A stretch of DNA of 63,675 bases, filler included, from Octopus bimaculoides (lineage: Eukaryota), in NCBI RefSeq assembly GCF_001194135.2. It is 12 parts of 12 records of this genome, joined end to end, with 100 filler letters (N's around TTAATTAATTAA, not from the genome) between each part and the next. Parts side by side here need not be neighbours in the genome. Positions count along the whole stretch, not along the records: positions 34,158 to 54,250 come from NC_068983.1; positions 54,351 to 56,325 come from NW_026379857.1; positions 56,426 to 59,595 come from NW_026413329.1; positions 59,696 to 60,824 come from NC_068996.1; positions 60,925 to 62,180 come from NW_026433371.1; positions 62,281 to 63,675 come from NC_068985.1; 6 more parts are not named here. One strand, given 5' to 3'. Shown in pieces: positions 51,339 to 63,675 of the stretch. Numbering within the stretch: position 1 is the stretch's first letter; every line of letters starts with the position of its first letter. The position numbers and the translations under genes were made by a program. Below the pieces are notes generated by a model. That model ran no database searches. It saw only the letters and a program-made list of their open reading frames with translations, and had not been told where the DNA came from.

Positions 51339-51921
51339 NNNNNNNNNNNNNNNNNNNNNNNNNNNNNNNNNNNNNNNNNNNNNNNNNNNNNNNNNNNNNN
51401 NNNNNNNNNNNNNNNNNNNNNNNNNNNNNNNNNNNNNNNNNNNNNNNNNNNNNNNNNNNNNNNNNNNNNNNNNNNNNNNNNNNNNNNNNNNNNNNNNNNN
51501 NNNNNNNNNNNNNNNNNNNNNNNNNNNNNNNNNNNNNNNNNNNNNNNNNNNNNNNNNNNNNNNNNNNNNNNNNNNNNNNNNNNNNNNNNNNNNNNNNNNN
51601 NNNNNNNNNNNNNNNNNNNNNNNNNNNNNNNNNNNNNNNNNNNNNNNNNNNNNNNNNNNNNNNNNNNNNNNNNNNNNNNNNNNNNNNNNNNNNNNNNNNN
51701 NNNNNNNNNNNNNNNNNNNNNNNNNNNNNNNNNNNNNNNNNNNNNNNNNNNNNNNNNNNNNNNNNNNNNNNNNNNNNNNNNNNNNNNNNNNNNNNNNNNN
51801 NNNNNNNNNNNNNNNNNNNTACACACTGACACACATTGATATATATATATTTACAGATGCATATATATGTATATATATATATTTACACACTGACACACAT
51901 TGATATATATATATTTACAGA

Positions 51922-51959
<38 letters not shown>

Positions 51960-52196
51960 CAGGGTTGGACAGAGAGGACGAACACTTTTGAAAAATTCAC
52001 AAATTCATTAATTTTAGCTGCAAACACATTTTATTGACATCAATGTGTTTGTATTGAATTAACATTTGTCAAGATTAAGTGTCGAAAGCAACATGCATCA
52101 TTTTGTAGTTTAATGACAATTATGGCTATGTTTTGTTTGTTTGTTTGTTTTTATAATTGACCGAACAGTAATTGAATGTTAATTGTTTTGATGTAG

Positions 52197-52329
52197 CGAA
52201 TTTCGATAACAAGATTTATGGCCCAAACAATACCATGGATGATCTAACTTGTGATTGTCATTCAGATGAAAGTTGCTTAAATAATGAAAAATGCAACTGC
52301 GATGCAAACCTTGCCAGCGAAACTGACAT
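52197..52329 (+). CDS. Caspr-type repeat gene, exon (module 3 Cys-rich part)
   Basis: ATGTAG|...|GTAAGT, 133 nt, phase 1 to 2: (T)NFDNKIYGPNNTMDDLTCDCHSDESCLNNEKCNCDANLASETD. Confidence 0.88.
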
Positions 52330-52933
52330 GTAAGTAACATATTTCTTATGAAGTCTTATTTTGTCAAACTGTCATTTACATAATTCCTTTAATAGAAGAC
52401 AGACGACACTACATGCTACCGGTGTTTTAAATACGAATTAACTAAAGAAATATAGGTTTTGAGGAAACAATTGTTCGGCAGATTTGGACTATTTAATACA
52501 TTTGACTATTTGGACTATTTAATACATTTAATACATTTAATACATTTAATCATTGGATGAACAAATAGCAAAACTCCGAATTAAACAAAATTTTATATTT
52601 TTTTGTTAAGGTTATTTCTACAGATATCTAAGTTCTATAACTCTAAGTTCTATCACTTAGAGCCAGCACCGATTTTTGCTACAACGTTTCGTATCAACAT
52701 GTCAGATGTAAACAGACAATGTGATCGAAGACAGAAGTGAGATCTACTTTTATCATTATTATGTATTGCCGTATATCAATAGACTATAAGAAATTTTAAA
52801 AGTTAGTATATTTTCTGAAATAATTTGCACCGACGGTGGCACGTAATGTCAAAACTGGTCCCTATGAATGTAGAGGGATTAAATACTATAACTAAAATTG
52901 AATTAAACATTAAAAACAAAATTACGAAAATAT

Positions 52934-53118
52934 GTAGTAAAGATTGTTTGCCAACATAACATGGCTGTCCTGGTTTAGGACGAATGTTGCTGTAATTTAG
53001 CCCCAGGAGACATCGTCTCCAGCTGGCTATACGACACGATCTGTGTCCTGGGGCTAAATTACAGCAACATTCGTCCTAAACCAGGACTGATATGTTGTTG
53101 GCAAACAATCTTTTCTAC
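52934..53118. mobile_element. Hairpin derivative of the 5883/6300 family
   Basis: Perfect 42-bp stem 52967-53008/53046-53087, extended imperfectly outwards. The loop carries the family core GACATCGTCTCCAGCTGGCT...TGTG. Confidence 0.8.
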
Positions 53119-53897
53119 AAAGTATTGTTGCTGAATATCTCTCGTTGTGAGATTTAAAAATAGTAATTTACGAAAAATATGTTGCTGATTTTTTTCATTT
53201 CACAAAAGATAAGAAAATTAGTTTTCCTGGAAGAAGCCTTTCCTTTATTAAGAAAAATCAGACAACCTGGAGGAGATAGTCTCAAGGGCTGAACACAAAA
53301 GACTATTTTGTTGATCCCAGTACCTTTTTAAACACACACACACACACACAGACATACACACATACATATACACTTACAAATGACTGAAACAAGTAAAAGA
53401 GTAGAAGAGTATATTTTTATCCATTGTTTTATCCATTTCTTGTCTGTTATAAGTGTGACTGAGTCATAGAGCTTGAAAATTCTTTAAAACACATTGAATA
53501 AAAAATGACACGCAATCTCGAAACAACTGTCATTTACAAATACTCTTTCATTTCTCCCTCGAGCTCTTGGACGCTTAAGACACGTCACCATGTTTCCATG
53601 GGGTGGACTGGAGCAATATGAAGTGCAGTGCTTTGCTCAAAAGTACAATATGCCGCCCAGTTTTATAACCGAAACCAAGATCTTGCGATCGCGAGTGTAA
53701 CATCCTAACCCCTAAATACACGGGGAATAAATACTGACGATAAATATTAATTAAATATCAAAAAAAAAAATCAGAGTAACAAATATATTGTAACTTTTCT
53801 AAAGAAAATTATTTCACTGATGAAAAGAGAAAACATTTCCACCAGGCTTCCAGCCAACAGAAAATAAGTTTAAAATCTATCTATACACACACATTCA

Positions 53898-53928
<31 letters not shown>

Positions 53929-54145
53929 CGTATATATCTATCTATCTAGAACGAACACGACACAATGAAGTAGAGAAATTTGAAAAGACAACACGAAACC
54001 GGTTATTTCTCAAAATACAATGTTTATATACCAAAAAGATTTTATAACATTTTTCTAACATTTTTCTAACATTTTTCTGACATAATTTAAACATATACTT
54101 TAACCTTGTAACACAAGCCTTCTGTAGTTTTTTCACTCTTATTAT

Positions 54146-54181
<36 letters not shown>

Positions 54182-54350
54182 AGTAAAAATAAATACAAAA
54201 AAGGGGTTTTTTGTATGATTGTGTATAGAGGAATATATTATTTTGTTTAANNNNNNNNNNNNNNNNNNNNNNNNNNNNNNNNNNNNNNNNNNNNTTAATT
54301 AATTAANNNNNNNNNNNNNNNNNNNNNNNNNNNNNNNNNNNNNNNNNNNN

Positions 54351-54495
54351 TGGTGTGTTGGAAACAGTAAGCAAAGATATAGACAAATGGCTGAAGGAGA
54401 GATTGGCACAGAATGCCCAATAGAGCTCCTACAGAACGTTTGTCTCTTAAAGACAGCAAGGATTATCAGGAGGGTTCCATGCACTTGTAAGATTG
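54351..54495 (+). mobile_element. R4/Dong-like non-LTR retrotransposon 3' relic
   Basis: LETVSKDIDKWLK...IELLQNVCLLKTARIIRRV resembles LG.V.K.L...L...LQK..LLGTA.ILR.VL. Confidence 0.6.
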
Positions 54496-54699
54496 CTGAA
54501 AACTTGAGATTTTGGGAGAAGGCTTATCAATTACCTTAACCCCATTTCCCAGCTGGTACTTACTTTAATCACCCCAAAAGAAGGAAAGACAAAATTTACC
54601 TCAGTGGAATTTGAACTCGGAATGTAAAAGAGCTGAGAAAAATGTCATTAACCTTTTTCTCCGACGTGCTAACAATTGCGCCAGCTCGTCGCTAATGGT

Positions 54700-55041
54700 G
54701 ATGATGATGATCACAATGATGGTGGCAGCTGCTGTTGCTAAGGCAGTGGCAGTGGCAAAAACGACAAGAATGACAATAGCGATGATGAAGATGATGATGA
54801 TGATGATGATGATGACGATGACGACAACAATGAAGATGACGGTGGTGATGATAATGATGATGATGACGATGACGATGATGATGATGATGACAATGATGAT
54901 GATGACAATGATGATGATGATGATAATGATGACAATGATGATGATGATGATAATGATGATGATGATGACAATGAAGGTAACAATAATGATGATGATGATG
55001 ATGATGATGACGACAACAATGAAGATGAGGGTGGTGATGAT
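54700..55041. repeat. (GAT)n/(GAC)n compound microsatellite
   Basis: Directly visible. It is followed by a gap and (GATA)n at 55824-56090. Confidence 0.95.
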
Positions 55042-55834
55042 NNNNNNNNNNNNNNNNNNNNNNNNNNNNNNNNNNNNNNNNNNNNNNNNNNNNNNNNNNN
55101 NNNNNNNNNNNNNNNNNNNNNNNNNNNNNNNNNNNNNNNNNNNNNNNNNNNNNNNNNNNNNNNNNNNNNNNNNNNNNNNNNNNNNNNNNNNNNNNNNNNN
55201 NNNNNNNNNNNNNNNNNNNNNNNNNNNNNNNNNNNNNNNNNNNNNNNNNNNNNNNNNNNNNNNNNNNNNNNNNNNNNNNNNNNNNNNNNNNNNNNNNNNN
55301 NNNNNNNNNNNNNNNNNNNNNNNNNNNNNNNNNNNNNNNNNNNNNNNNNNNNNNNNNNNNNNNNNNNNNNNNNNNNNNNNNNNNNNNNNNNNNNNNNNNN
55401 NNNNNNNNNNNNNNNNNNNNNNNNNNNNNNNNNNNNNNNNNNNNNNNNNNNNNNNNNNNNNNNNNNNNNNNNNNNNNNNNNNNNNNNNNNNNNNNNNNNN
55501 NNNNNNNNNNNNNNNNNNNNNNNNNNNNNNNNNNNNNNNNNNNNNNNNNNNNNNNNNNNNNNNNNNNNNNNNNNNNNNNNNNNNNNNNNNNNNNNNNNNN
55601 NNNNNNNNNNNNNNNNNNNNNNNNNNNNNNNNNNNNNNNNNNNNNNNNNNNNNNNNNNNNNNNNNNNNNNNNNNNNNNNNNNNNNNNNNNNNNNNNNNNN
55701 NNNNNNNNNNNNNNNNNNNNNNNNNNNNNNNNNNNNNNNNNNNNNNNNNNNNNNNNNNNNNNNNNNNNNNNNNNNNNNNNNNNNNNNNNNNNNNNNNNNN
55801 NNNNNNNNNNNNNNNNNNNNNNNATGGATAGATG

Positions 55835-55886
<52 letters not shown>

Positions 55887-55911
55887 GATAGATAGATAGA
55901 TAAGTAGATAG

Positions 55912-55995
<84 letters not shown>

Positions 55996-56117
55996 GTAGG
56001 TAGGTACATAAGTAGGTAGGTAGGTAGATATATGAATGGATGGATGGGTGGATAGGTAGATAGGTAGATAGGTAGATAGATGGATGGATGAATATACACA
56101 CACATGCATACACACAC

Positions 56118-56202
<85 letters not shown>

Positions 56203-56425
56203 AATGTTTGGATATATGGAGTGAAATGTTTAAACATTTAAACAGACAAAATGATAAACAGACAGGTAGGAAGAGAGTTAGAAAATCAATATATAATGTG
56301 TATATGTATGTATGTATGTATGTATNNNNNNNNNNNNNNNNNNNNNNNNNNNNNNNNNNNNNNNNNNNNTTAATTAATTAANNNNNNNNNNNNNNNNNNN
56401 NNNNNNNNNNNNNNNNNNNNNNNNN

Positions 56426-56752
56426 GTTTCTACAGCTGGATGCCCTTCCTAACGCCAACTACTCCGAGAGTGTACTGGGTGCTTTTACGTGTCACCCGAA
56501 CGAGGGCCAGTCAGGAGCTGCTACACCAGTCATTGGGTATGACACCTTCATGAATCACCTGGATCANNNNNNNNNNCCAGTCATTGGGTATGACACCTTC
56601 ATGAATCACCTGGATCACAATATGGGGGACTAGACTATAGCCGACACTTCCAGATATTTTAAGCACCTCTGCGGTGACTCCTGAAGGGTCTGGGGCTTTC
56701 CCTGTCTTCACACCCTGAACTGCTTTATCTACCAACGTACTGTCAATTTGAA
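56426..56752 (-). mobile_element. RTE-type LINE fragment (RT N-terminal region plus 3'-type tail)
   Basis: VDKAVQGVKTGKAPDPSGVTAEVLK...EGVIPNDWCSS resembles KAI..MK.GKAPGP.GI..EMLK...G.IP.DW..S. Confidence 0.8.
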
Positions 56753-57270
56753 NNNNNNNNNNNNNNNNNNNNNNNNNNNNNNNNNNNNNNNNNNNNNNNN
56801 NNNNNNNNNNNNNNNNNNNNNNNNNNNNNNNNNNNNNNNNNNNNNNNNNNNNNNNNNNNNNNNNNNNNNNNNNNNNNNNNNNNNNNNNNNNNNNNNNNNN
56901 NATGAGCTATCCATGGCTCTACACTGATGTTTTACGATTTAAACGAGGTAGGACCACAAAGGTTAAAGGATGATGATGATGAAAACACAAGAAAGACCAA
57001 ATCANNNNNNNNNNNNNNNNNNNNNNNNNNNNNNNNNNNNNNNNNNNNNNNNNNNNNNNNNNNNNNNNNNNNNNNNNNNNNNNNNNNNNNNNNNNNNNNN
57101 NNNNNNNNNNNNNNNNNNNNNNNNNNNNNNNNNNNNNNNNNNNNNNNNNNNNNNNNNNNNNNNNNNNNNNNNNNNNNNNNNNNNNNNNNNNNNNNNNNNN
57201 NNNNNNNNNTCATGTTGACGTTCATGAAATAAAGCCTGTCTTTTAGCAGACAAAATATTTATAATTGTTG

Positions 57271-59590
<2,320 letters not shown>

Positions 59591-59703
59591 AGGGANNNNN
59601 NNNNNNNNNNNNNNNNNNNNNNNNNNNNNNNNNNNNNNNTTAATTAATTAANNNNNNNNNNNNNNNNNNNNNNNNNNNNNNNNNNNNNNNNNNNNTATTT
59701 ATG

Positions 59704-59734
<31 letters not shown>

Positions 59735-59803
59735 GTATGTATGTATGTATGTGTGTATGTATGTGTGTATGTGTGTGTGCATGTGTGTATGTACGTATGC
59801 ATG

Positions 59804-59834
<31 letters not shown>

Positions 59835-60678
59835 GTATGTATGTATGTAAGTATGTATGTATGTATGTACGTATGTAATGTATGTATGTGTTTACACAGG
59901 CACATGCAATATATGATTATCCACATACCCCTTGTTTTTAAAGAATAAAGTGTTACTTGAAAATATTCCTTTGAAATACTACTTAAACAACAACACAATT
60001 TTATAACCTCCCTTGTATGGAGTTTAAGAAATGTATAATAATACAACCAGTTGAACCAGAAATGAAATCAACAGCGTACGTTTGAAGCAGCTATATTTGC
60101 CCTTTCTGTTCACAAATGTTTTTAAACGAAAGAACGTAAGGATAAACATTTTCTTCAAACTTTGATTTCATATTTCGAACAAAAAATAAAAATAATAAAA
60201 GATTCAGACAGTGGATACTTCAAAAGATATCTAACTCTATCAAAAGATAACCTAACCCTTCAGATGTTTGAAGCCTGAGTTGTGAGCTTAAAAGAAATTC
60301 AAATTGACTTCTTGGTGCTTAGAGTTCTAGTGGTCAGCTAAGGTAACGTGGTTGTAATACTATGAAAGCGACATCAGTTATTTTCCTTGATTTTCGGTCA
60401 CGTGTCGCGGACAACATGTTTTAGGAATGCAGCATTTTGCAAGATAGGGGTATGGTGCGAGGGCGGTTTAAATGTGTGTTTTGGTTTCGTCGTAATTAAT
60501 GTGCACGCGCTTCTTCAGACTTTCCGTTTTCTTAATAAGTCGTGTTAAATAATGATTTCCTTGTGATATTAGAATTTTTCCCGAGCATATATCAGCAGGG
60601 TTTCGACAGCGTGAAGAAGCGGAAGTAGCAACAGATTATATATACAAATACAAACACCTCCACCATCACACCTCATAC

Positions 60679-60804
60679 ACAAAGAAACAAACACACACTC
60701 ACACATTCTCACACATATAGATACAAATATATATATATATATATAGATACATAGATTTGTATCTATATGTGTGAGAATGTGTGAGTGTGTGTTTGTTTCT
60801 TTGT
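60679..60804. repeat. Perfect 50-bp inverted repeat (hairpin)
   Basis: 60679-60728 is the exact reverse complement of 60755-60804. It lies about 20 nt from a contig end. Confidence 0.85.
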
Positions 60805-62437
60805 ATATGTATATATATATATATNNNNNNNNNNNNNNNNNNNNNNNNNNNNNNNNNNNNNNNNNNNNTTAATTAATTAANNNNNNNNNNNNNNNNNNNN
60901 NNNNNNNNNNNNNNNNNNNNNNNNAATTTTTTGCGAATTTCTTTTGCTCATTTATCTTTCCATCTGTATTATATAAATACATGATGTGGTTTTAGAGCCA
61001 GTTTTGAATCCTATATCTAGTATGGCGGTACCTCTCCAGTACACTTAATTATAATTATATTTCTATAAGTATATATTTATAGTAATTGTTACCTACATCG
61101 TTTTTCCCATGCTGGCTACTTGTTATGACCGTTATTTCAAATAATAGACTTAACTTTATATGTAAATATATACTCGCTCCGTGTCATCACATTCACAGTG
61201 ATGATATTCCTGATCATATAGCACATGGTGTCAGACAGACAAATGGATTAGTCTGGTATATACGTGCATATATATGTATACGCCCGTATATGTAAGTATT
61301 ACTAATTTATAGCACGACATTCATTTTGTACTCTCGTACACGTTCTGTGTGTTGTTTGACAACTAGATAAATTCAGATTACCCTCTTATTTTCGTACTTG
61401 ACAAAACATTTGAGTGCAATTTCACGTATCTAGTACTTTTAGATGGTCGTTTTATTTATCGGGATGAAAAACATATATTTCAATTGTGTATGGCTCCATA
61501 TTATTTTTATNNNNNNNNNNGGATGAAAAACATATATTTCAATTGTGTATGGCTCCATATTATTTTTATTCAATTGAGTTTGCATAGTACTTGTAAATAC
61601 ATATTGTTTGAAATCTGTGTTTCTGCATATATGCGAATGTCTGTGTGTACGTGTTAGAGGTTGTTAAATATCCTCTTACTAAATTATTTAGTACGGCTAA
61701 AAAAAAACGAAGTGACAGTTTGAGTACTATCTANNNNNNNNNNTATTTAGTACGGCTAAAAAAAAACGAAGTGACAGTTTGAGTACTATCTATTATCTTA
61801 GTGAAGTGTCTACTAACATTACCTTCTGTCGGCTAAATCATTGTCGAATTTGTCCAACATCGTCTTTGTGGGAGAGCATCGAATGATTTTGCCTAACATT
61901 CAACTGCCTTGCCACATGTCATGTCACACTCATTCAGTCTTGGGAGAAATTTAAGGAAATGTCCGCCGACGGAATACTCAGCCATTTACATCATATGTGT
62001 ATGAGTAGGTAGATAAGTTGATGGAAAGAAATATTTATTAATAAAATCCAACAGGCTAGATTAGTTTCATACTTTTATCTTAACTTTTTGAGTCTGTCTG
62101 TCAGTTTATATATGTATGTATGTGTGTATATATGTATGTATGTATGTTTGTATGTATGTATGTATATGTATATATGTATANNNNNNNNNNNNNNNNNNNN
62201 NNNNNNNNNNNNNNNNNNNNNNNNTTAATTAATTAANNNNNNNNNNNNNNNNNNNNNNNNNNNNNNNNNNNNNNNNNNNNATATATATATATATATATAT
62301 ATATATACTATTTTTGTTAAAAGAATAATAATTGTGTTCTCTAAAATGTACTGAATAATCTTTTAGCTCAATGTAAAATTGCTTCAGTCTTAACTTAGCA
62401 TAAGAAACCAACGCATGTGCGCGCATGCACACGCATA

Positions 62438-62502
<65 letters not shown>

Positions 62503-63303
62503 GATCCCCTGGGAAACTACAATTTAAAAAAACTAATATTCGTATATTTGTCAGTCAATGTATTGAATAATCTGTTCAATGTAAATTTGTCTTGTAAATT
62601 TCGCTTATTAATTTTTTTCTCCCATATTAATTTCAATTCACTTTATTAATAATGACATAATGAACGCTTATTTCCAGTGGAAAATGTAAGTGCTATGGAC
62701 ATTTACGTAGAGTTGAATGTAGTTACTTACTACCTCCATGTACGGGAACTGAAAAAGAAAGAAAAATATAGAATTAATAAAACTTCCTGAGAGAAATAAG
62801 ACTAGACTTCTTACTGCGAGTGATATATTAATTGAATAAAACTTTAGAAAGTGGTGTTCTTGTCAGGCAAGTGATTTGATTTGGAACTTTGTGTTGAAAG
62901 TAATGCACTTACAAACACTTCAAAAATTTTCACTGCATTGTTTGTTACATGGTGTTGAAACTTTTGACATTTTATGTGTTTTCAAATGGATTATAATGTG
63001 CCTTCAACAGATAGGCACTGAAGCACACACACCAGCATAGATATAACTGAAGTCTTACATATGTGAGACTACGGACTATGACCTTTCTGATGAAAGTGTT
63101 GTTTGCAAAAGTTATAATTTTGAATAATGACAAAAATTATATCAAATCTATATTTATAATCCAACATGGCATACAAGAAGACATGCTCCAGTGAATCGAC
63201 TTACATAGGATAAACTAAGAGACACCCTGAGTGAAGGTGCATTTCTGTAAAACTACATCAACCAGCGCTGTATACTTTGATGAATACACACACGCACAAA
63301 CAC

Positions 63304-63346
<43 letters not shown>

Positions 63347-63350
63347 CACA

Positions 63351-63424
<74 letters not shown>

Positions 63425-63675
63425 AATGTTTGTTTATGAAATCATAGTTCTTAAATGTGATACGGACACTCCATAGTGTACGTTAGTACAATGATAGTAT
63501 ATTTGTGAATACATAGAGGTGTAGGTTCCAGTCTCCTTCGTTCAGCCACATCTACTTTTTTTTCTCGTCGAGGACTTATATGCCCCAATTTTAAACTATT
63601 TATCTTAATCAACGCACGATGATCGATTATAACCTTTAAGCTTATAAAATATTATTATCACTATTATATCTATCT

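Overview
AT-rich, repeat-dense animal genomic DNA from a gapped draft assembly. It is most likely a coleoid cephalopod (octopus), inferred from the tandem '[16 protein letters not shown]' C2H2 array, the tRNA-headed SINE families and the microsatellite load. There are no prokaryotic features and no CRISPR array, and most ORFs in the supplied track are microsatellite or N-gap translations. Real coding content: (1) a plus-strand multi-exon gene with eight GT-AG, phase-compatible exons at 34562-52329. It encodes at least three tandem Caspr/Neurexin-IV-type fibrinogen-like modules; no LamG or EGF domain separates modules 1 and 2. (2) A minus-strand, gap-riddled C2H2 zinc-finger array at about 57271-59590. 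The rest is mobile DNA: several Penelope-like elements (PLEs; RT and GIY-YIG relics), mariner relics, RTE-, R4/Dong-, HERO- and CR1-like LINE fragments, three SINE families and fold-back elements. Main hunt result: about ten type-I hammerhead ribozyme (HHR) motifs tied to PLE terminal repeats. One PLE family has a terminal repeat made of a tRNA-derived Pol III head, (AAT)n and a minimal HHR, and this module also occurs alone as a SINE-like unit. A second, non-coding HHR family shows compensatory stem changes between copies. The 44N-TTAATTAATTAA-44N blocks are assembly linkers, so adjacency across them is unproven.
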